From contig NC_133896.1 in assembly GCF_964199755.1 (NCBI RefSeq), positions 203,207,471-203,271,470 of the forward strand: a stretch of DNA of 64,000 nt, in the 5' to 3' direction. Positions 50,569 through 63,399 of the stretch are shown in pieces (position 1 is the first letter of the stretch; each line of letters begins with the position of its first letter). The position numbers were made by a program, and so were the translations under genes. The notes beneath the pieces are model-generated. The model saw only the letters and a list, made by a program, of their open reading frames with translations. It had not been told where the DNA came from and made no database searches. The stretch comes from Larus michahellis (Eukaryota).

Positions 50569-52528
50569 CTGTGCAGAAAGCGAGAAGACGGAAGGATGGA
50601 CAACAATGACAAATCCCCCGTTAGAAAACAGCACAACACTGAAGTAAGCAGAAGTGCAGAAATTAATTAAAAAAAAATAATAGTTACAATTCGGAAAAAC
50701 AAGCTTAGATATTTGCTCTGCAAATGCTAACACAACTTGAAACTCAGGATCCCACTCCATAAATGTTTTATCTTTACCCAGGCACCACTACACATCTGAT
50801 CCCACAGAAGCAGCAACACTCAGGATTACCAAGTGGACTAGGGAAAGAAAAATAGAAAATAGATAAACCCCTAAAGTTCTGTGAAAATATCTAATCTGCT
50901 GAAGTTCAGAACTGTAAACTTTCTTGCAATTGTTTATCCGAATAAATGGGTTTCTGCAGAACTATTCAGAATTACTAAAGCAACACTTCCAAGTGCCTGT
51001 TCCTAGGAATCTCAGTTCAAATGGTACTCCAGGCATGCAGTAAGTTAACAGAATTTGCCCCGAATCGTTGTTTAGCTATGTTAGACAGTCACTGTTTCCA
51101 AGGCCGTTCAGTGTTACTTACGGCATGAATTTCAGGGGATGTCAACCAAAGACTTGACAAAAGTACAGGGAAGTCTAAAGAAAGCTTTACTTTGAAGAAC
51201 GCAAACGCACTCTCTTGGTCACTTGCTTTTAAAACACTGACAATTCAGGGAAAGGCACGACAGATATACATTTCTATCTTCATGAGGCCTTTCAAACGTT
51301 ATCTTCTGAAATTTGTTTCAGCTCTGAACTTTCATCTGTGCTTTCAATCCATAATCTTCCATAAATAAATAAAACCACCCACAGCCCCCCAACAAAATCC
51401 CACAAAAATCAAACACCATCTCAGAGAAAAAAAAATTAAGTGCCAAGAATTCCCCCCCCCTTCTAAAAGGTACGATCCAACTCCTACAGTTAAATGATAG
51501 TGACTTGATAAACACATTTATATGTTTATCCGCACACAGCTAAACTTGTTCCAGTAAGTTACTGGAAATGAAGATGCTGTTCTTTGTATCTGCACAGCAA
51601 AACAAATACCCAGAATAAGTCACTGTAGGCTGCCAATTATAAAGTGTGTACAGCTGTGCATCACATATCAATATGTATTATGTATTAAATACATTAAAAA
51701 CAGTGAAGGTCAAAACTGAAGTTCATGGAGGCAGCCAAATTATGAGGAGATTTTGGACTGAAGTGGCTGAGGAAACCACAAGTGTGTTATCATCTTCTTT
51801 ACAGAAAATGTGAATTCCCCACACTTGTTAAGCTCTGCAGAGGATAGAAGAGAAACAATCCCACATTGTCTTGGACAGAAAAGCTTTTGTAGCCTCTTCT
51901 GCAAACAAACTGCCTCACGCAGCCTACATATAAATATAGCGTGTTTATCAGCAAGGGGAACTTTGGTGAAATTATTTGATCCAAACAAAAAAAATATTAA
52001 GAGGACTACAGACTGTTTTAAGGGTCTTAGAATTTTCCCATTACAACAAAATTAAAAGAAAGGAAAATTAAAAATTTCCTTTGTGATGGGGGAGTAAAGG
52101 TGCAGAACAGGCAGTGGGAAGGAGACTGCAAACCAGTTATTTTATTTCTGTCCTGCAACGAAACGCCAGAAGTCAATCACAGCAACACCCAAGTGAAAGA
52201 TTCTCTTTTCTGGAATTTTTCTCTTTCTGCTGACAACCAGATTATCTCAAGTTTAAGATCACATCTGCATTTCTTTGAGCAAAACAATGGAAGAGGATGA
52301 TGAGCCACATTTAGCACTGTATGCTGACAGCATCTGCATTTATTGTTTAGATATAACAGTATGTTACAAAAATGGATTAAAACACTGCCTAGATGAGTTA
52401 AGAGTAGTATTTGCATTTCAAATATAGTACATGTTCCCTAAATCAATTCTACAAATACGTTTTTATGTTTTATTAGTTTGCCAAAAGTATTTATTATTAA
52501 ACCGCACCAGGACAAACATTGAATTTAC

Positions 52529-52615
52529 CTTCATTAAAGCAGTTTCACCACTGCTCTGCTGCATGTTCACATACGCCCCAGCTTCCAGAAGAATAGCTAC
52601 TGTTGTTAGAAAATT
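52529..52615 (-). CDS. MPHOSPH8: MPHOSPH8 ankyrin repeat exon: NFLTTVAILLEAGAYVNMQQSSGETALMK.
   Basis: Acceptor gggtttttttcag|AAT and donor AAG|gtaaat. 29 codons. Confidence 0.8.
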
Positions 52616-53430
52616 CTGAAAAAAACCCACAAACCCACAAGACAAGTAAGTAGAAAATATTCTGGTTTTGTTTCAGAATATATAGCGACATTTATTTAAA
52701 AATCCATCAGTAAAATCCAAAGCATGAGGCATGACACAATTAACATTGTTCTCTCCCATGGCTAGCAAAGAGCAATTCAGATTCAGGCAAGTGGACAGCC
52801 GTGAATATTTACAATTCTTACTTTTTTCTAGATCTTGCAGTAGTGAACAGCACAGGAAGAAAACAGTACGTTTGCATTAACCAACAAACTGGAATCAAGC
52901 CCCCTTCTGGCCTTGTACCTACTGCACACAGGAAAACACATGAACCAACTTGAAAAGAGCGCACCCATGAAACATTCTCTAACTTACTAGTCTAGTTGGT
53001 CTGAGCTCGAGCAGAGCTCGCCACCATCTCCATCTCCCAACTCTCAAATAGTAAACCCTGCTTAATCAGAGATTTGCTCTCCAAGTCCCCCAAGTTTGGA
53101 TCCTGTGTAGCGGGAGATCGTAACAAGCAATTCTAACACAAGAACTTCAGCCCCCACGACAGCAAAATTCAGAGACATCCTTTGCCTCCACTCCTTTACC
53201 TCCGCTTTCCCTCTAGGTAACCCTATGATATTTTCTACTCAGGGTAGGGTTTGTGATCAGGATTTATTTACACTAGAGTAATCACAGCTGCTGAAATTAT
53301 GCAGTTAAGGTCACCCTGCTATATCCTGCTAAGTACCTTTTAGGCATCATCCAAGGGAAAAAAATTGCGTACCACTTTAAATGTAAGTAAAAGAGCCAAG
53401 AAACACAAATACAACAATAACGAAGCCAAC

Positions 53431-53571
53431 CTTCTCAGCAGCATGTATCAATGCAGTTGTTCCATTTTTCTGTCTACCATTAACTTTAGCTCCTTTCCTG
53501 ATTAGGACCCGGAGAAGGTCATCGTGCCCACCAGCAGCTGCAAGCATTACTAGGGTCATTCCACTTGAGTC
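53431..53571 (-). CDS. MPHOSPH8: MPHOSPH8 ankyrin repeat exon: DSSGMTLVMLAAAGGHDDLLRVLIRKGAKVNGRQKNGTTALIHAAEK.
   Basis: Acceptor tcttgttgcag|GAC and donor AAG|gttggc. Ankyrin consensus (G-T-L--AA--G-----LL--GA--N). Confidence 0.8.
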
Positions 53572-54714
53572 CTGCAACAAGAATCATTGTATTAAAACAA
53601 AAATAAAAAAATTAAAAACTTTAAGATAAATCAAAGCCGAAAGACAAAAATTGCAAGTGCATCAACAGATTTCACAGAGATTCCCCTCCCTGGCAGAAGA
53701 ATTCACACATGCATGGCTGCCAAATACTGACAAACTATCACTTCCCGCTTCTCTTGTCCACAGGCCTCACACTCTGAGCTCCATAATTTGCAAAACCCAT
53801 AACGTTCCGAGGACCAGAATAAGAAGGAGGAAAGCCAGAACAAGCCAGGAAGAAAGGCAGCAAGGTATCTGAGGGTGGAGAAAACAGCAAGACAGTGGAA
53901 GACGAAATCAGCAGCCACTGGAGGAAAAATACGATGGCTCAAGACACCTGCTACCACAATGCTGCTTTGGGATTTTATCAAAGCATGAGGTGACTTCTGT
54001 GCGTGGCCAGTCTCCTCACTCATTCTTGAATTTTCCACCAGACACTACAATTCAAAGATCACATACTTGCCTCAGTAGTTCATTTGGCATTTTTTTCTAC
54101 TATGCTACAGAAGTCTTAGCATAATGTATAGTTCTCAAAATGCTACATAATGCAACTATACGAGATCACCAGTGAAAACACTGATACCAGAAATCTTAAT
54201 TCTCAAAAATGGAACTACATTACTATTTAACAGGAAAATAGATCCTTCAAAGAAAAAACATTTAGAACACAGCTGATGAAGAACTGGCAGCAAACTAATT
54301 ATTCACGGAGTTAAATGGTCCCAGCCTGTCGAACAGAACATTCAATTTTATTTTATTTTTTATGTATAGACTTTTTACATAGTTTAGCCACTTCACCTAA
54401 TGGGTATCATCATTCCTTACACCATGTAAAGTTCTACATTTAACATTCAGTTAAATCCAGTGTGCAAATCTGCTGCAAATGCAGCTACTGGGATGCTTCT
54501 ACCAATTTTACTTCTATCAAACTTAATTTTTTCTTTGGAAGAAGTGGAAAACAAATATCGAAGACTCAAACTCTGTACTCCCTTTTCTCAGTTTCTGCTT
54601 TTTTTCCAAGGTGAGACACAAATCTGCTACGAGGAAGAGGGGAAAATTTTTCAAATCCAAATTTGTACTCTTTCCTCCCATTCCCCTCCGATACTTCTAC
54701 TGCAGAAAAATTAC

Positions 54715-54803
54715 CTCTTGATCCAGATTATATTCCTCGTTTGAAGAAAGTGCCATCTTTACTGTCATATAATCCCCACTTTTAACAGCATCCCTCAGGA
54801 GCG
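54715..54803 (-). CDS. MPHOSPH8: MPHOSPH8 ankyrin repeat 1 exon: (T)LLRDAVKSGDYMTVKMALSSNEEYNLDQE.
   Basis: Acceptor ttttattttctag|CG and donor GAG|gtaatt. It is too short to appear in the ORF track and was found by manual translation. Confidence 0.75.
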
Positions 54804-54881
54804 CTAGAAAATAAATTCAATGCAGTTATTTCACTTTGAAACACCATCTAAGAAATACCCCTTCCTCCCAGCAACTACTCA

Positions 54882-55008
54882 CTACTTGATATCGGTTCTG
54901 TCAACACATGATTCTCATCTTCTCCATCAAGATGCTTCTGAAAGTCTTCTAGTGTCAGCCATTCTAACTGCATGTCCATACCCAAACTCAAGACTTGCTG
55001 CTTGCCAT
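54882..55008 (-). CDS. MPHOSPH8: MPHOSPH8 exon: (N)GKQQVLSLGMDMQLEWLTLEDFQKHLDGEDENHVLTEPISS.
   Basis: Acceptor …tacatggtag|AT and donor A|gtgagt. Matches the MPP8 ILSLGMDLQLEWMKLEDFQKHLDG region. Boundaries are good to about ±1 nt. Confidence 0.75.
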
Positions 55009-55453
55009 CTACCATGTATAAGATTTTACGAAAGAAAAAACATAAAATAAGTCACTTATAAATTTCCAAACCATTCACTGCTTGCCATTGCTTCAATGAT
55101 CGATCAGCAGCTTAACATCCTACTACTTTTCATTCAAAGAGACTCTGGAAGTCAGCATGGAACGGTTCCAAACAATGAAGGCTATGTTACAAATGGACAC
55201 AAAATGCTTTTACCTGAAACAAACTGCTTATTTGTTGTAAGAAATCAGGCTGAAGTGGTAACAGATGGTGAACACTCCATTACTGTAATAGCAGAAACAC
55301 ACTGAAAAGTTATCAATGAGTTTCAAAAGAAAACATCCTTTCAGCCTCCTGGGGAGACAAGAATTGGAGCACTAAAAGATGCAAACAGGAATGGAGAAAA
55401 TATTAACTGCAATGCTCAACTTTCCCTTGCATTTGTTTCTACCTACTGCTCAC

Positions 55454-55705
55454 TAGAGCTCTCCATTTGACACAAATCCCCACCTACTCCATCGCCTTCT
55501 GCAGCAGTGTAAGTCCATGTGTCTGTTCCATCTCTTATTATGTTCCCCCTTTCCTTGTACACCTTGCTGTCTTTTGATTTTGATTTTTCTATGAATTTAT
55601 ATTCTAGTGAAGATCTTTTTCTTTTGCAGTTATTCTCAGAATATTCACTTTTTTCCTCTGAAGCTACATTAAACAAGTCAAATGCACGTTTGATGTCCTT
55701 AAAGC
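55454..55705 (-). CDS. MPHOSPH8: MPHOSPH8 exon: (S)FKDIKRAFDLFNVASEEKSEYSENNCKRKRSS…RDGTDTWTYTAAEGDGVGGDLCQMESS.
   Basis: Acceptor tctcttaatattctag| and donor A|gtgagc. The RDGTDTWTYTAAEGD block parallels human RDETDTWAYIAAEGD. Confidence 0.75.
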
Positions 55706-56828
55706 CTAGAATATTAAGAGAGTTACCAAGAGTAACTCTTGAGCCACTAAAGACTATTACTTAACAAAGTTTAAATGAGTGACCAGAGTCCGTTTAGAAG
55801 AGGTCTGTTCTCTTTCCGTATGTTAATCATTGCTGAAGTGTAGCAGCAAGCTTAACAACATAAGCCAAAAATCAGGGAGAACTAGTTCACCTCCAGCTGC
55901 CCTGACAAGCCTGAGTTCTGACTGCTTTCAACACGGTACTGTCTTCTTTTAAAGAAATATAGTTTAGAATTATGTGTAAATTACTACTTTGAAAATACAG
56001 TTCAGTATCTGTAATGAACTAACAGAGGACACGTGCTGTATAAGGAAAAATAATTAATCATTGTTTGTTACTATTTTTCTTGAGCATTGTCAGCATCCAT
56101 GCTACTTTTAGTGAAAGATGTCTATCTAGCAACAGCAATTTGAACCATCACAGCTCCTCCTGTATCCATTCACGATTATCAAAGGTGGAGTTACCCAGCT
56201 TTCCTCAGTTCATCAGAGTAGTGAGGGAATTTATCCTGAATAAAATCATCCAGAATTTTACTGAGATCAAGAGTGGTAACATTAATACTCCATTATACTA
56301 CTAAGAATAGAAATAAAACCCAGACATTTTTCTTCTTGTATCAAATCATTCAGTTCTGGTGATATTTTAAGGGTTGTATAAGGTAACTCATCATTGTGGT
56401 TAAAGGAAGAGGCAAGAAATTTGTCTAATGGGAACCTCTATTAGTTTTTCTAAACATTGAAAGTGTGTATTTATAATGTCATCTGAACACTTCAGGAACA
56501 GCCAATAGTTGGATTAATTCTTCTAAAATAAGATTACTGTTACATGCTACAGAAGCATAGTTGACAATATTAAATGCAAAAGGGCAAAATCTTGACTTGT
56601 CTACAAACACATTAGATTCCTATACGCTTCCATGCTTCATACATGAAAGTACAGCATTCGCATGAAGCATATATTAACAAAGCCATTAAACAGCAGACTT
56701 CTTCTTCCAAAAATAAAAGCAGAAATTCTTGTTTCTAGCATGTGGTACAAAAACTATACTAGTAGAAATAAGAGGAGAATGTCCTGAAGGGTGTTCCCCT
56801 TCTCCCTTTTAAAGCAGTTCGAACTTAC

Positions 56829-56925
56829 TTTTTAGGCCCTTTTGTTCTTTCCCACTCTTTTCTTCTTTTTCAGACTCTTTTTTTTGAGGTTTTTCTTTTG
56901 TTTCAGTTTTTGTTACTTCTTTCTC
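56829..56925 (-). CDS. MPHOSPH8: MPHOSPH8 small exon: EKEVTKTETKEKPQKKESEKEEKSGKEQKGLK.
   Basis: Acceptor tctatcag|GAG and perfect donor A|gtaagt. It keeps phase between the large exon and the next exon, joining as …GLK-S-FKDIKRAFDLF. Confidence 0.65.
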
Positions 56926-59840
56926 CTGATAGATTTGAGAACAAAGATCAAATTAAAGTGGTAGAGAAAAAATGGAAAATAAACTTTCACCACTCCAATG
57001 AGAAAACATATTTAAAAGTAATACTACTCAAACCCGTATACAACAGACTTAAGAAGAATTAAACAGGCGTGTCAGAAGTTAAGTCTGTGAAAGCTTCTTC
57101 TGTGAAAGAAGAGGTGTTATTTCCAAAATAAAACAAATTTAATTCAGACTTTTACTGCATCCCAGCCACGCAAAGTACTTTATGGCATGAGATGCAGATA
57201 TGCCAAACCCAGTATTTTTGAAGTAAATTCAAAATGATGACCTTTTCATTTGTTCCAAATATCAAACCTGAATAGAATGTAATTATTTTACAGTATTTGA
57301 AGCCCCGCATTCAAAGTGGTTACGATAGCACTGACTTGAACCTTAACCTGAGAAAACTTGACATTTGTATACAGAAGGTTCCAAGTTTTCCAGTTTACAC
57401 ATACAGAACATTACGGCAAGAGTAATTTGTGAAAAACATTCAGAAAAATCCACCCAAACTCACCATATCCCCACAGAAGACTGAGCTTAGCAATATCACA
57501 GAAGAAATTTATGGTAGATGTAGATATACAATCAAATTCGCCAAAACAGAATTGAACTGCCTCCACCAAAGGCTGCCTTTCTCATCCCGTAATCCTCTCT
57601 CTCCATTCAGCCAGCAAATTCCAAACTGCAGAGTAGGTGGGACAAGGCTCCTTGGCATTGTTTTGTATCAGCCCCCGACACTAACCTGGGACATGGAATA
57701 GCCCTGGCTTTCTGAAAAACTGCCCCAAAAGAAGTCCCCATCAGAACTACCAACTGAATTTATCATTAAATGCTGCCATTTCTTTGACACACAAAAAAAT
57801 AGATTGATTTGGTGTATCATGAGGTGTTAGCAGAGCTGAGACATTTAATCTGTATTTCTCATCATCTCCCCTCCAAAAAACCCTTAGCTTTTGATCATTG
57901 ACATTACTACCTAGTAGCACAGACAGCTGTTGATGCCGACAGACGCTCAGCATTTAGGAGGGGACCCGTAACTTACTAAAGGGATTACCAGATACTTGCT
58001 ACTCAGAGAGGCTGTTAAAACCAGTAATCCTGAATTCTATTCCAGATTTCCAATTACCGATCAGATGCACAACGTACACTGCACATTTATTTTTGGAGAT
58101 AAATAAAGTGGAAAGAATCGTTCAGCATGCAAACTGACTCCAAATAGACAATACTATATTATAAATTGACATGACAGTGTTCTGTAATCAGAGCTACGTA
58201 AGGAAAGTAGCTTTCATTTTCAGACAGGTAGCTGAAACACGTGCAATGATTTTATTTGGAAAGAGTTATCAGTTATCTGCTTGGGCCAATAACTTAGTGA
58301 AGTCAAAAAACCTCTAGAACTCTCCACCAAACCCATCCATATAGTAAATCCACAGAAAACACTGTTTGAGCCTCCTAGAAAAAAAAAAAAAAAGCAAAAT
58401 GCCCTCCTTGGTACCTTGGAGCACGACCTCCTATGGAGCACAGCCATGAGAAAGGCATACAGCAACTTACTGAGAGTGCTGGCTGAAGAGCCATAAGCAA
58501 ACTGCTGATTTCTTCACGTTTGGGGTGACAGGATTTTTATACTACTTGTAAATAAAACAGAATTCCAAAGATTTATCTGGTATCACTACTGATGTCTCTC
58601 TCTCATGAACGCTATAGCCTTGAACTACAAGAAAATACTTGAGTAATAGAGTGTCATACCATTTCAGTTAATTAAATAACTTTTTGAAACTGGACTATGC
58701 CTCATAGTAATTGCTTAACCTTGTTTACAAGAGCTTTCACCACTAAATTCCTGCAAAAACACTACTTTGTGTAGCTCTGCTCTGAGATTATTCCACATAA
58801 TTCTCTACCCCAAAACTTCCTTGTTTAAGTCAGCCTACTCCATACATACAACAGTCTTAAGCAGAGGACCACAGCTGAACTGACAGAAGAAACTTGCCAC
58901 CACAAAATTATGGCCTCAAAAGAAGTGGGATATAATCCACTAAGTATCAAGGTGTTTCTGAGCAGAAAGTGGCTTCTCTGAGCAGTCCAAGTTTTATGAT
59001 CTGCAAACTGCATTAGAACAGCTGAAAGAAATTATATTCTCAGAAACATTCCAGAAATGCTGTTTTATTTTTTCCATTATTTTTTTCCCTTTACCTTTAC
59101 TATCCTGCTCTTCTTAAAACACTACCGTACTAAAGAAGGAAAAATAAATATTCCAATATTTGTTTACCTCATTTCTTAGAACAGGTACAGCATTTGTAAT
59201 TAATATGAAACCATGTCATGAAACTAAGCATTCTCTATAAGCACCCCAGGAATTCCAACAAGACAAGCCAGCTGCACAATTATCTGGGAGACTCCAGTTT
59301 AGAAGCGATTTCAGCATTCCAATTCTCAGGTAGGTACCAACGCATGTAAGGTATAATGGAGTGGCTGGCTTTTGAGAGAGATCAAGTATTCGTTTTAACT
59401 CAAAAGTGCACTTCATTGTGCCATGTTGGATGGACAGTTGCTCAAGACTGAATGTTTTACTAGACAAGTAGAAAAAAAGTCAAACTGCGGCAACTGTTGA
59501 AGGTGGGGGGAACAAAGCTAAAAATGACAGCATGCTTTGGAGGAACAGTAAATTTAATTCTAAGTAAGTACACAAAAAAACCAGGAGAAATTCATACTCT
59601 CACATTTTGAGACACCCTTCTCCCCTAAAGCAGTCCCTCCTTTATAGAGTTCAGGATCCAGAAATTTTTCAGTCTCTCCTCTACATTGTGCAGTGGGCTT
59701 TCTTTAGCATCCCCGGGCCATTAACTTTCCAATTTGTATTTTCTTCTTTGCCATCATGAACAGTAGCCTTTTGAGATATCTGTACCTTGCAGGTTTGATT
59801 TAACCTCCAGCCCCCACCCCAATGCCTTAACATTGCTTAC

Positions 59841-60695
59841 CTCCCCAGCTGAATCAGTGGACTTGGATCCTCTTTCATCAGCACCCAATTTCAAACCCTT
59901 CTGCACTGGTGAAGGAGCAGGTGACACTTTCTCCAACTCTCCCGGTACCGTTTTTATTTTTTCTTGACCTTTTTGCTTTTTGTGCATGCTTTTCTTCTCT
60001 AAATAGATATCCTGAGTTTCCACTTTTCTACCTTCCTCTTTATAATCTTCAGCTTTCTGAATTTTTTTCTTCTTTCTTTTAATCTTAACATCAATACTAT
60101 CATCTTCATTACTCGCTGATCCATCAAGATGTCTATCGGCAACGGAATCTTTTTCAGCAAGTTCTTGTTCCAGTCTCTCTTCTCCACTTACTAGCTTTTG
60201 CTTCTCATCTTTATTTTCAGAATTTAAGTCTGAATTTTCATTATCAGTTCCTTGAGAAAACACATCATCGAGAGTACTTGACTCTGAGTCAAACTGAACA
60301 TCTCCACACTTCTCCTTCCGTGATTTTTTATTTTCTTTAGAATCTTCTTTAGATTTTATTTTTAAATCTTTAACATCTCCCTTCTTTTTCTTGATTTCTT
60401 TAGTATCTTCTTTCCTTTGCTTCTTTGGGTCCTTTGAATCCTCCTTGGTTTCTGAAGTCCTTTTTTTTGGTTTTGAATCTGAAACCAAAGTATCTGAGGA
60501 ATTTTCACAGTCTGTTCTGGGTTTTTCTTTGAGTTTTGCAGACTTAGACTTTTTCTTCTTCAGATCATCTGGACTTCTATCCTCTCCATCTTTTGACTTC
60601 TTCTTTTTTTTCTTTGGTGAAACATCATCTTTTGTTTCACTTTGCCAGTCACTGTCAGATTCTGCTTCAAATACATCATCATTTAGAGATAGTTT
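59841..60695 (-). CDS. MPHOSPH8: MPHOSPH8 large K/E/S/D-rich low-complexity exon (285 codons): KLSLNDDVFEAESDSDWQSETKDDVSPKKKKKK…STDSAGE.
   Basis: Acceptor ccttaccttttag|AAA and donor GAG|gtaagc. Its length is a multiple of 3. The RLSLN-DIFEA-SDSD start matches the MPP8 linker region. This is the 244-aa ORF from the track, extended to its splice sites. Confidence 0.8.
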
Positions 60696-61594
60696 CTAAA
60701 AGGTAAGGAAAAAAAGAAACATTTCTTTCTCCACTGAAATGTATCATTTGGGTGTAAACTACACAAAAATGGTAGTGGTAGTGCTTGGAAAAGTAAATCT
60801 TTAAGCACTTGAATCTTTTTGTCACTGCAAATATCATTCCTAATTTGCAAATACAGTTTTAGCTCACCTAAATTACATTACTAACCGTTTGAATGACAAT
60901 CAATATATAAACAAAGTCAAGTAAACCAATCAGACATCCAACAATCACATTCCAGAACAGAAACAGATCTGAACTATTTTACATCAAAAACAATTAATCT
61001 GACTTTGTAAAATTTACCTATAGGTTTCCCAGAAGAAGGGTACCAGTTTTCAAAAAAAGACTCTTACTCTTCATTTTCAAACTGACCAAGCGGTTCAGTT
61101 AAAAAAAGAAGAGAAAAAGCCATATGCTGCTTTCTTGCAATTAATTTTTCTGTATTCCTATCCTAGCAAATTTTATGGCTAACATGCAAAAACTCATCAA
61201 TCTATTACACAAAGACGGAAACTGAATTGAGCTGTGCCCACCTTCACAGACAAGACAGTGTGCATGTGGGTAGGGAAAGGGGGTTGCTCATGTTGTCAAA
61301 AATAAAACAAAATGACCATATATCATTTATATAGTCCTATTAAAAGGTGAAATAACTTTTAGAAGGATTTAGAGTCTACAAGCAAACTTGTCAATTAATA
61401 ATAAAAAAAAGTCCTTAACCAGAGAGCAGCAACAATATTCAGTTTCACATGAAGCAAAATACTTATGGATCAAAGAGATGCTTTAAGTCTTCCTATTTCC
61501 AGGTCCCAAATGTCTTCCCTTCTCCCTCCCCCCATTAGCAGAGCCCAGATAGGGAATACGTCTTCAGTGGAAGATATTAAAAGGTGAAACACAC

Positions 61595-61750
61595 CTGTAG
61601 GTCTTTTTTAACAGGTTTAGGCTTATTGTCCACAATTTTTTTTCTGAATTCAAGCAGCACTTCTTTGCAGTCTTCCAAATGAACCTCTGGTTCCCAGGTA
61701 TCATCATCGGAAGTATATCCTTTCCACCGTACTTTGTAGAGAATTTTACC
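61595..61750 (-). CDS. MPHOSPH8: MPHOSPH8 chromodomain exon: GKILYKVRWKGYTSDDDTWEPEVHLEDCKEVLLEFRKKIVDNKPKPVKKDLQ.
   Basis: A canonical chromodomain core (YKVRWKGY…TWEPE…L) nearly identical to the recalled human MPP8. Flanked by acceptor ttttttcttacag| and donor CAG|gtgtgt. Confidence 0.85.
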
Positions 61751-63399
61751 CTGTAAGAAAAAACCCCAACATTTAATACAATACAGCACCGTATTCATCA
61801 TCTACTCAATTCTTGGGGATCTTGGTGGATATATCATTTTGTGTATATAGAAATGAATATAATGGGAGTTCAACCCAATGTTGACATAAGAATTCTCAGA
61901 ATTATTTCCATCTGCAACACATACTGAACTACGTATGTTGTAGAACATTTCAGTAGTTGGAGTGGTTTTATCAAAAACATTTGTAATATCTAAAATTTGT
62001 TCAGAACCACAGCTACAATGTACAAATCATAAATTCATAGTCATTTTAGCAAAATGGATTTTCTGACAGTTATGAAACTTTTTTAAAGTTGTAATACTTC
62101 TATAAAAATTCTAAGCTTGAATTGCTTCTTTTCTTCTCTTTGCTGAAAAAATTGATATAAAACCTTGAAATTTATAATGCATTAATACCATTCACCTGGT
62201 TTTATATTGGAATTTATAACGTTAGATTTGTAATCAGTGCTGCTTTTGATAAACTGAAATACCAACAATTAGAAAAAACACAAAGCCACCAGTGAGATCA
62301 AGTTAGACCTAGACAAAATCTGAGTATGTGCATCTCAGTGGAGTTAGTTACAAAAATTTTGGTAAAAGATTACACATGAAACCCCTAAACCAATTGTTTC
62401 AATAGTATTTATCTTCACCATAGGATGAAATTGCACCTTTAAGTCTCTATCTTGTTATTTCACTAGATTAGAAAGTTTTTTACCATGTAAAATAAACAAC
62501 CCCAAAAACATTGTACCAAATCATCTTTTGCCTTTCTCCTAAATAAAGTAGTCTGAATCCTTATGTTTCTCAAGATAGACTCCTTTTCTTGTTGAGAAGC
62601 AAGGCTTATCAGCTTGGACTCAGCACGTTGCTGATATAGCCAGACAAGTGGCAACTTGGGGCCTCCTGCGCCAAGCTTAACGAAAAAGCAGAGACATGTC
62701 CTATGAAATCAATGCGGTCACCTTTGTTGACTAAACCTCTTCAAAACAGATGTATGACAAAAGCTAGCATCAAACTTAAGAAAATCCATTGTCCATACAG
62801 AAAAGGTAATAATGAATTTGAGGCAACATAGCCATTCCTGAACTTCTTTTCTAAGAAAACAAAACAACAAACTAACGACCAAACCCCGAAAAAAAGTATT
62901 AGCGAATGTACCACAGAAAGCACCTTTGGAGATGAAAAATAATAATATCTCTTTCTAGGAAAAACAGATTGATAACGCTCTGAAAGATCCTACACTGCCA
63001 ACCAAGCCCAGAGAAGGAAAGCTTCAGAACTGTCATTTGACACTTACTATTAAATCTATTTATATCCATAAATGTATGTTTTTGCCTGAGCACCATTAAC
63101 CTTTGACTAAGTGTATATATATGCCATTAAACTTTAGCAATCAACTCTACTTACAATCTTCTGTATTTTACTTACCGGACATATAAATAAATAGCCTATA
63201 TTCAGACACATTAGTGTAATACTTATAATTTAGCTTAACCATACGCTCTTGATTTAGGAACTAGTTTTCAAAATCATGTTCACTTGCCTCTGTCTCTTTC
63301 TTCTAATGGCTGTACTCATGAAATAAATGACAAGTAACTTTCTTATTACAGTCGCAGAATAACTTCAGTTATCAGGGATCTCAAGAACTATCAAGTAAA

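Noticed and set aside
50410-50760. The 116-aa - strand ORF, read as a stand-alone gene ending ...SHLET*.
   Set aside because: Only the C-terminal 52 codons are exon. The N-terminal part is intron read-through (phenylalanine- and tyrosine-rich junk), and the stop is inside a splice donor.
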